DNA of 64,000 nt. It comes from Ministeria vibrans ATCC 50519 (Eukaryota > Protista > Filasterea). Both the position numbers and the translations under genes were made by a program. How positions within the stretch are numbered: position 1 is the first letter of the stretch; the number at the start of each line of letters is the position of its first letter. The stretch is taken from positions 5,538-69,537 of the forward strand of contig CALSCP010000012.1 in NCBI GenBank assembly GCA_943704425.1, in the 5' to 3' direction. Below the pieces are notes generated by a model, which was given only the letters and a program-made list of their open reading frames with translations, did no database searches and was not told the DNA's origin. This document shows positions 1 through 16,080 of this stretch, piece by piece.

Positions 1-169
1 CGCCGGCAATGACAATCTTTCGATCGATTTGGGAGTGCGCAGAGGGAAATGCGTTGGATGCGAATGCTGCTTGTCCAGCGCCAACGAGACCACCCCGGCC
101 CGCCGCAACCGACGCAGACACCATACACAAAGGGCCACATATCGCTCTCAGGCGATGGCACACCAACAT
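1..169 (-). CDS. 5' end of a dinucleotide-binding (Rossmann-fold) oxidoreductase/epimerase with a putative transit peptide; runs off the window
   Basis: Manual translation from ATG 169: MLVCHRLRAICGPLCMVSASVAAGRGGLVGAGQAAFASNAFPSAHSQIDRKIVIAG. The leader is Arg-containing and acid-poor, followed by a beta1-Gly 'KIVIAG' typical of FAD/NAD-binding folds. Only 56 codons are visible. Confidence 0.5.
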   Translation of the reverse strand, partial: MLVCHRLRAICGPLCMVSASVAAGRGGLVGAGQAAFASNAFPSAHSQIDRKIVIAG

Positions 170-539
170 ACCAAAACAGAATGTTAGTTATAATTATTTT
201 GGTTACTTGTATCTTCTTATTCGTCCCTTGATCTAGCGCTTTACTCGTTGAGCTCACTCACTCCACCATAGACTATAGATCATACTAAATACTTTATGCT
301 TCACAGACGATTGTCGATTAGACCTCAACTCCGCAAATCAGCTCAACTCATTGAATGCACCAAAGTCTCGCGACATCTGAGTCCCTGAGCACCATCTACC
401 AACAACCAAGCCAAGCACAAAGTTGTCAAAGTATTTAGCCAACACGCAACAAAGCAAACACCAAACAGCCATGCATCACTCACTCACTTGATGATTCATT
501 GATCATTTTGAATAGCGATCAATCTTTTTCCCTTTCAAC

Positions 540-3536
<2,997 letters not shown>

Positions 3537-3652
3537 CGAGCGAAGATTCGAATATCGAATACACTATTCTTCATGTAGTCAAAAAAAAACTAAAACTGTT
3601 GCAGTCACAAAAACTTAAATTATAATACTTTTCGTCGTTGTCAAAATACACA

Positions 3653-6104
3653 ATGTCAGTGATGGCTGAGGACATCGGGACGCCTCTTGGGCTCAAGCTC
3701 GTCAAGCAGCTCGGGTGGGCTGGCAAGGAGACTGCCTTTAAGAATGTGCCGACAAGTGACTGCAACCCATCCCATCTCACGCCGCCTCTCCTCGTAGTGG
3801 GCGCTTGTCTTCACCTTCATCATCTACATGATGTTCCACATGAATCGAAAGTCAGTCGTCCCCTGCGATTGCTCCCCATGCGTCTCCTCACACTTCTTTC
3901 CATTCGCTCTCTCTCTCTCTCTCTCTGCGAACCAGAGTCATCTCCGTCGTCCAGACCGTCCTGGGCGGCCCTGCCAACGCCACGCTGCCGGCCGACGGCG
4001 GCTGGGCGCCCTTCAACGGCCCCAACGGCGCATCGCTGCTGGGCGGGCTCGACTCCGCCTTCCTCTTCTCCTACGCCACCTGCCAGTTCGTCTCGGGCCA
4101 GGTACGCACCCCGCCCGACCAGCACCCGCCTCTACTGCTGCTGCTGCTGACGCCAACACCCTCTGTAGGTTGCAGATCGCGTCAATCTGCGCTACTTCCT
4201 TTCCGCCGGGACCTTTGCCAGTGCGCTCTTCGGTGCGCTCTTTGGCCTGGGCTACTTCCTCAACATCCACGCCTTTGGCTACTACGCCGCCATGCAGGTG
4301 TTTGCCGGCATTGCACAGTCTACCGGCTGGCCCAGTGTCGTTGCTGTGGTGGGCAACTATCTCGGCAAGGGCAACCGTGGTCTGGTCATGGGCATTTGGA
4401 GTATCGACATATCATCATAATAATTATGTTATTAATTTTTATGGTGATTTTTTGCTGACGTTCTGTTTCTTTCCCCAGACTCAATGACGTCAGTGGGCAA
4501 CATTACGGGAGGACTTTTAGCGAGTGCGGGTCTGAGCATCTCGTGGGGTTGGTCGTTCCTGATTCCGGCGATCCTCATGGCCTTCGTCGGGGTGCTCGTC
4601 TTCTACTTCATGGCGCCCCATCCGCACAATGTGGGTCTGTCATCCCCTTACGACTCCACCCTTGACATCTCGACGGTGCTCAAGGGCCCAGTGGGCAACG
4701 ACGACCCCGCCACGACCAACAGCAGCGACAACAACTCCATCTCACACGACGAAAGCGAAGCGCTCATCGAACACGAATTGGACCCAAACGCAGACCCAAA
4801 CACAATGCGCAACACCTCCAACTACGCACACCACAAGGGCGTCTCGTTCCTGCAAGTCCTTCGCATCCGCGGGCTCATTGAGTTTGCACTCTGCCTCTTC
4901 TTCAGCAAACTCGTCAGCTACGCCTTCCTCTATTGGCTGCCCACTTACTTAGCACGGGTGCGCATTGGCGGGTCTTTCCTCTCTCCCTCTCAGTCCGGCA
5001 ATGTTGCCACTTTCTTTGACGTTGGCGGCATTTTTGGCTCCATTGCTGCCGGAATGATTTCAGATCGCACAAAACAGGTGAAATGTTGTAATGTTTTTAA
5101 TCTCGCACACACTCTCACAATTGTCGCAAGTGTGACTGTTGTTCCACACTCATTAAATGTGACTCTTCCGATAAAGAAGTCACTCACGCTCAAAAAGGAC
5201 CTCGCAGTCACTACAAGCTTAACCACCGATTGTCTTTTAGGGACGTGCGATTGTGGCTGCGTCGTTTCTTCTTACTGCCATTCCCATTCTCGTGATGTAC
5301 CGTCTTTTGGGTGACTCCTCACTCCCTCTCAACATCGGTCTTATGATTCTCTCAGGCGCAATTGTCAACGGTACGACACACTTGCTCTTTTGTTGATATT
5401 CATCGGTTGTTCTCCATTCATTTTAGGTCCTTATGCGCTTATTACTACCGCAGTTTCAGTCGATTTGGGCACCCACAAATGTCTTAAGGTATCACAGACA
5501 CAACACTAACTTATTCACTGTCATACTGCAATTCTTACCCACTCTCATTTGTATATTCTTGCTCACACACGCCCTCTTACTGTCTCTCACTCACTTTCAT
5601 TCGTACTCTTCTCACTCCCCTTTATTTGTACTCACTCACTTTCATTTGTCATATTTTTTCTCACTCACTTTCATTTGTCATATTTTTTCTCACTCACTTT
5701 CATTCGTACGTTTCTTACTTACTCACTCTCATTCGTATATTTTTTACTCACTCACTCTCATTCGTACTCTTGTCACTCACTTTCATTTGTCATGTTTTGC
5801 ACCCTTTTTTTCACTCACTCTTATTTGTACTCTACATTATCAGGGCGATGCACGAGCCCTGTCGACGGTCACAGCAGTGATTGACGGCACAGGGTCGTTT
5901 GGAGCAGCGTTTGGTCCTCTGCTCGTTGGAATGATTAGCTCGCACGGCACCGGAATGGCCCCGTGGGACCACGTCTTTATCATGCTGTGCTGCTCCAGCC
6001 TCATAGCCGCACTGCTCCTCACTCGCTTGGTTGTGCGCGAAGTCCGTCAAATGGCCCACGAGAGACGCAAGAAGAGATCCCGTCAGCTCACTGCCACTGC
6101 TTAG
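3653..6104 (+). CDS. SLC37A: SLC37A-like sugar-phosphate/phosphate exchanger (MFS, OPA family)
   Basis: Spliced product contains GWAPFNG...LLGGLDSAFLFSYA, QSTGWPSVV, GIWNSMTSVGNI, FFSKLVSYAFLYWLP, FDVGGIFG, NGPYALITTAVS and TVTAVIDGTGSFGAAFGP, all characteristic of SLC37A1/2. Confidence 0.9.
5540..5825. repeat. Intronic minisatellite, degenerate TCACTCACT(T/C)TCATT(CGTA/TGTCAT) units
   Basis: About ten imperfect copies are visible in the last intron of the SLC37 gene. Confidence 0.85.
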
Positions 6105-6200
6105 AGACCTTTTCTCGCGAACAGCACACACACGCACACACACACTCCAAAGAAGAAAATTAATGTATTACAATAAGAAAGAAAGAAAACAAAATGTACT

Positions 6201-8787
6201 CTAAATGTCGTCTCGGACTGCACTGAGAATGCGCTGGGCATAGAGATCCACAAGAGCGGTCAGACGGGGCTGAGCACAGCCCGAGACACGGCCCAGTTGC
6301 TCGTGTGCGGCGACCATTGTGCTCAGCAGTCGCGTGCGCGCCTCCTTGTCACTGTCGTCGTTGCTGGCGTCGCTCGCGCTCGCGAGCAGCCCATTGAAAG
6401 CCAAGCATGCACTCTCTACCCCTTCAACGAGTTGCTCAATGGCACGGTCCACATCCACCGTTGACTCTATGACAAAAATAGCGCACATTAAAACCTCCTC
6501 TCTCTCGCACACTCTGTACTTTTTGGTGTTTTTTCCCGAAAGCGCGATGTAATGCTTGTGCGCAGTGGAGCATTCCGCTTGAGCACGGGTGTTACCGCCT
6601 CGGCAAACTCACGACGAAACGGACTTGGCGGTGCAACCCCACCGGCACTGCCAGGCCGCGCATAGGGTACACCAGTCGCTGAGACGGTTGCTGCTGCTGA
6701 CGAGTGCGTGGTGGCCGTGCGGTCGTCGTCGTCGTCTTCCTCATCATCTTCGCCCTCTGTTCCCTCTTCCTTTGCTTTTTTTTGTAGCTTCGTCACTGGA
6801 AAGTCATTGGTGTTCTCCTCCGCCTCAAGCGACTCCACTTTCAGCTCATCGTCGCTCATGACAATATTGCCCACTTCCTTTTCCTTTTCGCGCATCTTGC
6901 GCGCCATTCCAACAGCTTCACGCATCGCATTGTTGCCACTGGGATCGGCTGTCGCCTCCACTGTGTACTTAAAACGTTCTTGCACCGCAAGGACAGGACC
7001 CTCCGAGTCCTCCGAGAACAGCGCTACCGGCTTGACCTCATGACGGCCTCCTCCCGTGCCTCCCCAGCGTCCTCTCGGCCTCCGCAACGCGCGTCCACTC
7101 CCACTCCCACTTCCACCGCTCCTTCCCCGACCTTCATTTCCACTCATACTCTGCGCCCACGCCGGCAGTCCATCGGCACTGCTAAACCGCAAAGGATTCT
7201 TTTCCCCCGTCTCCATTTGCCTCGCTTCGTCTCCCCTCGCTTCTGTCTTTTTCTTCTTCTTTTGCGTCTCTGCCTCCAGTTCGTCCCGTCTCTCGCGCAT
7301 TGCCTGGGTCACTTCCAAGGGTAGTCGCCAGACAAACACACAGCCATTGCCCGAGACTGTCACCAGTCGTGTGAGGTCCATAGTGAACGCCAGACCCGTC
7401 ACAAGCTCACCGTGTCCCTCGAGTTGTGCAACAATTTGGCCCGAGTACACATCAAAGACACGCACTCGTCCGTCGGTGCCACTGGTCGCACAATGGATTC
7501 CCGTGGGGTCCAGGCGTGCCTTGAGCAAGTGCTGTGTCTCCGTCCCTTCTACCATCTTGGCCTTGTGCGTGCGTACGTTGCGTAGTGCGTCAACACTGAA
7601 AATGCGCAATGTCGCGTCGTCACAGACCACCGACGCAAAAATGCCAACACAATCAATGTCGAGATCTCGACAAGGCGATCGTGCCGCTACACTCTTGACA
7701 AGTACCAGCGGATCGCGCACCGAGTTGCTGTGAAGCAACACTGCACACGAGTGCACCTGAATGGAACGGTCGACGGCACACGAGAACAGGCGCAGCATGG
7801 TGGCGGAAGCCACAAAGCGCACGGCTGTCACGCACGCACTGTGCTCTCCCAAGGTTTGCACCAGTGTGGCACTATGCACGTCAAACACGTGCACAAAGGT
7901 GTCGCGCGAGCCACTTGCAAGCCAGGCGCGTCGCTCACCATCGCACGAAAAGTCAAGTGCAAGCACTTCCGCGTCGTGTGCGTCTTCCTGCAACACCAAG
8001 TCCAGTCCAAGCGACTCCAGCGCCGCGTTCCCCTTTTCATTGTCCTTCTCTTCGTCGTCTGCGATGGTGACTCGGAAACAACTCACCCGACCACGGCGAT
8101 CGCCCACTGCAATGAATTCGCCGTCCGTCGAAGCGCGCACCACACTGAGCCCTTGCGCATCGGTGTCCATCTCTTCACAGTACAACTGGTGCCATGCACC
8201 GTCCACACCTACGTGCCACAGTCGCAAAGTGGAGTCGGCCGAGCAGGTCACAATGACAGTGGCATCATCGGATCGTGCGGGTACGTTGAGCACGTCGACG
8301 GCCCACACGGCCAGTGCGTGGCTCTGTTGCTCCTCGACAAGCCGCGCGCGATCGCTTCCAAGCGTCCAGCGTCGACGGATGCGGTCACTGTGCACAACTA
8401 GGAGTGACGGTGTGCTTTCCCGTGGCTCGCTCAATACAACGGCCGAGAACGCGGCTAAAAACTGACCCGGTTGGCCCACAGAGTAGACGTAGTCAAGGGT
8501 GTTGGGGCGGAACAGGCGCACACAGCCCGAGTCGCAGGCACAGACGACCAGTGAAGACGAGGCGGTGACACGATGAACCTCAGACGTGTTCAGCGACACC
8601 CATTTGTCAATTTCACGCGAAGAGGTCACAAATCGACAAAGCACGCTGTTGGTCGACACCACATAGTAGATGCCGCTCTCGATTGGATCCGATGCGATGC
8701 TGGTGAACGCCGCGTCGGCAAACAGTTTCTTGCGATGTGTTTTCAACATGCCCGACTCTCCTTTTAGCGAGAGCAGCGACGACGCCA

Positions 8788-8821
<34 letters not shown>

Positions 8822-9448
8822 TGACAATGCTGTCGGTGCTGCTGTCGGTGAGGCCTGCCAAAAGCGTACGTGGGGTTGAAGGGGAGCCGACTCGGTCGCT
8901 TTCATGCGTGCGCCGACCGTCACAAAGGCATCGCCTTTGGGACACGCCGACAGACTAGCAATGGTGGCCGTCTTGACGGTGGCGGGCAACGCCAGTGCTC
9001 TCTCGCCACGCTCGAGGGTCCAGGCCATGATGTGGGAGGCGCCTGTCTTGCTGATGCTGAGTGACAGCAAGATGCGGTCGTTGAGACACTCCAGGCCCAC
9101 AACGGCAGCCGTGTCGCCACTGTCGTCGTGAGCGCCACGGTGGAGCCACACCAGCTTGTTGTCGCGCCACACGCCCAGCGAGCCGTTCGTGGTGCCCGCT
9201 GCGACCCATTTGGCGCAGCGAGACGTCGCAACGGTCGAAACACTCGCGTCTGTTGCTAAAGTATGGCGATACGAGCCCGCCACAACCACGCCGCCTGCCC
9301 CGTAGACATACTCGCCGCCCAGTGGTGCCACTCCAGCCGTTTCCGAGATGCCACCAATGGCTTCAAGCTTGTAAACGCGACGTATGTTGATTTGACACGT
9401 ATTGAAAAGTGCAAACGGAATTTAAACGAGACGACTTACCGACGACAT
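6201..9448 (-). CDS. WDR62: WDR62/MAPKBP1-like WD40 repeat protein
   Basis: 9-nt first exon (ATG TCG TCG, 9448-9440), then a long exon (ORF 6488-9331) with AHDAEVLALDFS, LASGSRD..VHVFD, LVQTLGEHSACVT and GHGELVTGLAFT. The last exon (ORF 6201-6512) ends LVDLYAQRILSAV, resembling the family's C-terminal dimerisation helix. Confidence 0.85.
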
Positions 9449-10104
9449 AATGGCGCTGTGAAGACCACACCAATCTATTAAACTGTCTGGTTGTCTGCGC
9501 AGTACAAACCACGAAAAGAGGTGTTTTTTTTTAAATAAAAGTTTTTACTCATTAATGATTTTTTTTTAATCTTTTGTGAAAACCGTCTGTAAATTGAATA
9601 AATCACGCAATGGCCAATGTTCGTTGCTTAATGCTTTACAGTTTGTTTGATGCTCAATTACCGCTTGATGATCATTGATCGGCTTCGTCTATTCACCGAT
9701 CTCTTCGGCTGATTATTCAACTTTTGCACTTTTCTTTCTTTTCACTATTTTTCGCTCTTCGCCCTCAGCTCCAATTTCCACTAACCTTTCTCTCTTTCCC
9801 CCAGTGACACGTAAGATGCACTATTAATTGTGATTGCATACTCGGATCCACCGCGATTACGTTCTTTTTCGCGTTCGACTGGCAAAGTTTGCCACGATTT
9901 TTTCGCTCACATTTTCGTCATCTTTTTGAATTATCGCCCATCAAGCACTACTGTGCGCTATTCTGGCGTTGCATGTCACTTATATTTGCATGTGTTACAC
10001 GATAGCATCAATAGACAGACAAAAACAAGCCGTTGATCTGCCAAACTCACAAAAAAACTTTTTTTTTTTTCGTGTTGCAGCGGCAAACAAAACATAAAAA
10101 AGTC

Positions 10105-10407
10105 ATGTCTTTCGCTCCCATGAACACCTACAGCAACGACAGCGTCACCAACGCCCCGATGTCACGCAACGTCCTCGGAGACGTGAGCAACAAGGCCAGC
10201 AAGTCGCTTGCGCAACAGGCACACAAACGTCAGGCGTTTGGCGACATTGGCAATGTCCAAAAACGTCAGGACACAGGAGCCAGCAAGCGCGGCACCCTCC
10301 GCTCAGCCGCCCCCGCCGCTGCCAAGGTATCCTCAGTGTCGACGCGCGCCACAACGGCAACTCGCTCCAAGACGACCGTGCGCTCGACAGCCGCCAATGC
10401 CGCAGCA

Positions 10408-10441
<34 letters not shown>

Positions 10442-11542
10442 ACTTTGCGACCGTTCCCGAGGCAAGCATGGACACGAGCGACGATACAGTCAACGCGCCG
10501 GCGGCGGCGGCGCAGCAGCAGCACACAGCCTTCAGCTCGGAGATGCTTCGTGCGGCGGGCATTGAGGACATTGACTCGGCGGACACAGAGAACCCCCAAC
10601 TTGTGTCGGAGTATGTCAGCGAGATCTACGAGCACCTTTGGGCCCAAGAGATCACCTACAAGATCAACCCAACCTTCCTCAGCAAGCAGAAGCACATCAC
10701 GAACAAGATGCGCTCCGTGCTGCTCGACTGGATCGTCGACGTCCACTACAAGTTCAAGCTGTGCCCGGAAACTCTCTTTCTCACAGTCAACCTTATTGAT
10801 CGCTCTCTTGAGGTACAAAAAAAAGAAGAAAAAAAAAAGAAAAAAATGCACAACAAATAATAAGAGAGAGAAAGATTGTACTAATATGAAGGCGGTGTAG
10901 TTGATTTCAGTGTCGCGCGAACGCCTGCAGTTGTTGGGCGTGACGTGCATGCTGTTGGCGTCCAAGTACGAAGAGATTTACACGCCAGAACTGCGCGACT
11001 TCATCTACATCAGCGACAACGCTTACACCAAGGACGACATTCTGGCAATGGAGACGCTGATTCTGAGCGAGCTGCAGTTCAATTTGGGCGCACCACAGCC
11101 TCTGCACTTCTTGCGTCGCGACAGCAAGGCGGCGGGAGTCGACGCCAAAACGCACACAATGGCCAAGTACCTCATGGAACTGTCGCTACTCTCGTACGAC
11201 ATGTGCCAGTTCAAGGCGAGCGAGATTGCCGGCGCGGCCCTGTGGACCTCCATGAAGGTCCTTGCGTCGGGCGTCTGGACGCCGACGCTCACCCACTACA
11301 GTCGCTACGCCGAAGCGGACCTTAAGGACTGCATTGACGTCATGATTCGCTTGCTTGAACGTGCTCCCATTGCGTATGCCGAAGAGAAGCCCGGTCGAGT
11401 AAGTGACAATCAAACCATGTTTGCTCTGGCACATTTTGGTTCTCATTCGTGTTTTGTGTAGAGTGTTTTTGCAAAGTATAAGAACCCAAAGCTCTTCAAA
11501 GTGTCGAAGATTGCGGCGCAATATGTCGCCGACAGCCAATAG
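10105..11542 (+). CDS. CCNB: B-type (mitotic) cyclin
   Basis: D-boxes RNVLGDVSN and RQAFGDIGN; NPQLVSEYV; cyclin box MRSVLLDW...ETLFLTVNLIDR, LQLLGVTCMLLASKYEE, PLHFLRR.SKA. Two introns (10813-10900, 11399-11461). Confidence 0.95.
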
Positions 11543-11841
11543 ATTGAGTCACATGGCTATATTTGGAAATGGTTGTTTTTAATTGTGTGTGTATGTAATA
11601 GTTTAATTGTGTGTGTTCAATCATCATCAAAGTACACAATGGAATATTGAACAAGGAAAAGCCCACAGTTACCCATAGCTCCATGCCAGATAATGATACA
11701 AGTGTAAAGTGAGGGCATTAGTTTATTGTATTGGTCGTTGGTGGTTACTTTTCAGACTTGATCAGCGTGCGTGTGAACATTATTAGTATTATTAGTATTA
11801 TTAGTATTATTATTATTAGTATTATTAGTATTATTCATTCA

Positions 11842-13250
11842 ATGGAACAGGCGGAGGAAAGCGACAAAGATCGCCTGTACGCGCGCAAAATCCTCCTCCA
11901 GTTGACGGTGGCGCTGGACCTGGCGAATCTCTTCAAGCGAGAGGCGTGTCCTGTGATCGAGTGCGCGCGTGAGCGGGTCCTCCAGCTGCCGCACGCCGAT
12001 CGCGCCTTCTGCGTTGCCCTGCGCGACTTCCTCGTTCATTATCCCCAGCTCAACGCCAGCTACCGACGCGCCGTGCCGCATGGCAAGGAGCTGAGCAAGC
12101 GACTCATCAACATCGTGTCGGGCCACTGGGAGTTCTCGTTGCGGTCGCCAGGCGAGCGCGTAGAACGCGGAGTGGCGGCACTTGCGGAACTGACGGACGA
12201 ATTGGAGGGCCAGCGTCGCGCTGTTGCCGCTGCCGCCGAGGCGGTCGTCGACAGCGCACCAGCCACGTTGTCGGCTGCTGTCACGCCCGCAGACACTTCC
12301 ATTTTCGACGCGCTTGTCGAGGACGACGTCGACGACGAAGCGGACGTGTCACCAGTAGCGTCGTCAGACGCGCGAGTGCGCGAGCCAGGCAAGGCTATTG
12401 GCTACGCGCGACGTCGCTACCTTGATCTGCTTGCACTCATCATGAGCAATCAATCGTGTCTGTGGGACTCGCTCATGTGTGCGCACACGACGGCCGAGCT
12501 TCCAGAGGCACTTCGCATCACTGTCGACTTGCAAGTGCGCATGTTTGCCGCCTCAATCATGCGCAAAGAGCCCAACGAGCTGCGTCGTTTGATACATGCC
12601 CACCAAGGCACCCCGCGACGTGCACTCGCGACAGTCCTTGGTGTTGCAGGCGGCTCTACGCTGGTGATGCGTGCTATTGTGGCGTTCCTCCTCAACCCTC
12701 CTTTGGGCGGCGGACACAATGTTCTTCAGCGCTGGCTCGACTCCACCGTCAACGTCGCCGGCACCGAAGCACGTCTTCAGCGGGTACGCGCGACTCTCCC
12801 GCCCGTTATTGTGGCACACATTCGGGCTGTTGTCGCACACCGCTACCCAGCTCGTCTGCCCAACTTCTCCGAGGGTCTCGTGCGCGAAGTGCTGCAGGCT
12901 CGCCATCTCGCACGTCGTCCACTCGACGCAACCATCATTGAAGAGACCTTTTTCGAACGCCGTCGAGCACTTGCCGTCTACGAATGTATGCTACTGGACA
13001 CGCAGGTGCGCGACAAGACGGCTTTTCTCGAGCAATTGCAGTCCAAACCTGTCACCGAGTGCGTCCGTCAAGCGCTGCTGATGCTCCTGCGTCCCTTGCG
13101 CGGTGCACTCAAGCACGGTGGTCTTGCACAGCTCTTTGACCGCGCTTTTGCAGCAGTGGGCGAGACTTTTGCAGTGGCACTGCGCACACACAGAGGGCAA
13201 CAACAACAGCCACACGAACACCACCAGCAGCAGCAGCAACAACAACAAGA

Positions 13251-13298
<48 letters not shown>

Positions 13299-14271
13299 AC
13301 AGCAACAACAACAACAGAAGCAAGAACAACAGCAGCACGAGACGGAGCGACAGGTGGCAGTGTGTGTTGCTGTGCGCGATGTTTTTGACGCAGTGTGGAC
13401 CTTCTTGCACGCGGCTGCCGTCAACGATGACACTAAGCACACAATGCAATCGCTGGTGCACTGGCTGGTGGATGCATACACACGCAACGGCGATTTTGAT
13501 GTGGATGCGATGGTGGAGCGTGCATGGCCCTGTCAGGAGGGAGAGGAAGAGACATCGACGCAGACGGAGCAACAGTTGAAGACGCGAACTGCCTTCTGGG
13601 CCGAAGTGAGACGGGTGCGTGACTACCGATGGTACCACAAGGAAGACCGTGGGAAGACCATGCCTGACTATGTGCTTGTGCCTGCGCTGTTGGAGCAGTT
13701 TCGTCAAAAGTTGCTGGAGCAGCGCACCACTCCAGAGCCTATTGAGGCGAGTGTGCCGTCATCTGAGGCGAAGGAAAGTCAGATATTTGAGGGAGTTGTA
13801 CAGTTGGAAGTGAGCGGTGGGGATGGAGTGGCTTTGGAAGCGAATGGAGCGCGTGCTCTGGTGGTGTCGCTGGGACATGCGAGTGCGCGACTGTATGTGC
13901 GACACAGATTGTTTCCTCTAAAAAGTGAAAGGTTGGGTGAAAACGAGGAGGACAGAGTGCGCACCGCTGTGCTGGCACTGTTGCCCATTGCGGATGTGTC
14001 GCTGGTGGAGCGAGGCACAGCAAGCGAACAGGAGCGCCACCGACAAGGCTACACTCTGATGCCGCTGAGCTCAAGCACTCTCCTGTGCTACCGCAGACGC
14101 ACTATGCCCAGTGCCCCTGGTGCGCTCAATGGCTTTTTGCGCGCAATTGTAGTTACCAAAGACCAGCATTGCGAGTGCGGTGCGCGGGATGGGTCCTTGC
14201 GCTGTCTTGGAATGATACTCAATTTGCCCTTTCGTCGCAAGAGAGCAGTGTGGGTCAACGATGGCTTGTAA
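11842..14271 (+). CDS. PXB/DUF3818-like protein (yeast YPR097W/Lec1-related, no recognisable PX domain) with a polyQ tract; intronless
   Basis: Single long ORF. N-terminal 'LYARKILLQL' resembles PXB; 'HQGTPRRALATVL...MRAIVAFLLNPPLGGGHNVLQR' resembles the DUF3818 core. Recognised from memory, not searched. Confidence 0.55.
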
Positions 14272-14471
14272 AACCATTAAAGAAATAGAAAGAGATGCAA
14301 CGATCAACGATCAACCTGTTCAATAATTATTTTAATTTTAACGTCAAGGTCTGGAGGAAATAAGTATAGGAAATAAAATAATATTATTATTATTTTTATT
14401 AATAATCATAATAATAATAATAATTATAGAAATAAATGAAGTGAAAGGTCGACTCAGGAAGAAAAAATGTA

Positions 14472-14516
<45 letters not shown>

Positions 14517-14770
14517 TTTATTGCGATGAACTTCGCTTAGCACAAATACAAACATGGAAATTAAATTAAAACTAGTCAAACTACTTTGAACGTTAGAATC
14601 CTTACCGACGTATGAATCATTTAGCCATGAGCTTCTTGAGCTATGTCAATCGTTTAGTGCTGTTGGCCCAGACGCAACTGATGGCGGATGAGTTGTCACT
14701 GAGTCATGACTGACAACGAATCAGTATTCAGTCACCACACTTTCTCTCTCTGTTTGGTTTCACCCCTTTC

Positions 14771-15962
14771 ATGACGTTACTGGAGTGGGCAATTGCTGCC
14801 GACGACGCGGCAACGGCAGTCTTCGGTCCGCCCTGGGAGGTACAGCACAGCGCAGCACATGCAGCCACCTTTGGCAGGCCCTTCTCACGCCCTCTCCTCG
14901 CCTCCCCGCGCCTCTCCCACGCAGGACGTCGACCTGTTCTCACTTGTGCTTGTCTTCTCACTCGTCTGGATGTTCGTTGCGTGGGTCTACGACACGCTGC
15001 GTGGCCGTGCGGGCTCCATTCGCTTCGCATGGGCCATCAACCTGTGCTTCATCGCCGCGCTCTATCTCGTCCACGGCGGCGGCTTCTTCCCCCGCCGCCT
15101 CGGCGTCTGCAGCATGATGCTCTACTCTGGCCTCTACTACGCCTTCTCCTCGCGCTACGCCGTCACCGGCGAGGAACCCCCCAGATGGGCCCAACGACGC
15201 GCTGTCTGGAAGACTGGCAAGCACTTCTTCCGCCTCAAATCGCCCGCCATCAACTTTCTCTTTCTCTACCAAGGTCAGCCAACTGCTTCCCCTTCCTCTC
15301 CTTCTTGATTTCCTCTCATTCTCGTCACCGCTTCTTTCACTCTATCTTTTGCAGGCAATGCAGTGCTGAACATCTTCGTCTTCTCCTTCCCGCTCAGTCT
15401 TGTCTCACAAAATGACGACAAGACTATCATTACGTTCGGCGAAGCACTCGCTCACGTAATATGGTTTTTCTCCGTCCTTCTTGTTCTCAAAGCAAACTCT
15501 GAAATCTCCCAATTCACCTCAAATTCAAAAGGTAAATAAACACTTTGTGTCTCATCCCTTCTCACTAACACCCAAACAGAAGTTCTCAATACGGGTCTGT
15601 GGCGGTATTCACGCCACCCAAACTACTTCTTTGAGTTTTGCACTTGGTGTTCCTATGCTATTTATGCGTCAACAGTAAGAAACACACACAATCCATCTGT
15701 CCGCATCTCATTTCTCTCTCTCTCTCTGTTTGTTTAGTCTGTCAAAGACCCAATTGACCATTTCTCGCTGCTTATGGTTCCTCTGTTTGCCTATGTGTTC
15801 ATGGTCTATGTCAATGGACTTAAGTACCTCGAATTGGGCTCAATCGAGCGCAGAGGCTCAGCGTATAAGCTATACCAGAGGCAAACGTCCATGTTTATCC
15901 CTTGGTTTCCAAAGCAAGTTCCTTCCACCTCCACTCACTCCCAAAAGATCAAGAACAGCTGA
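14771..15962 (+). CDS. DUF1295 / steroid 5-alpha-reductase-like membrane protein
   Basis: Multi-exon, hydrophobic; signature TGLWRYSRHPNYFFE (15592-15636) and C-terminal Y..YQ..TSMFIPWFPK. Confidence 0.85.
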
Positions 15963-16080
15963 TGTTTTCTTTTGTTTTTTNNNGGTGTGTGTGTGTGTGT
16001 CTTTGTGTTCATGTGGTGTATGGTGTATGTGTGTCTTTGTGTTTTTGTGGTGTATGTCTTTGTGGTGTGTGTGTGTGTAC

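Noticed and set aside
5540-5825. Regularly spaced repeats superficially like a CRISPR array
   Set aside because: Degenerate low-complexity units without unique spacers, in a eukaryotic intron, with no cas genes.
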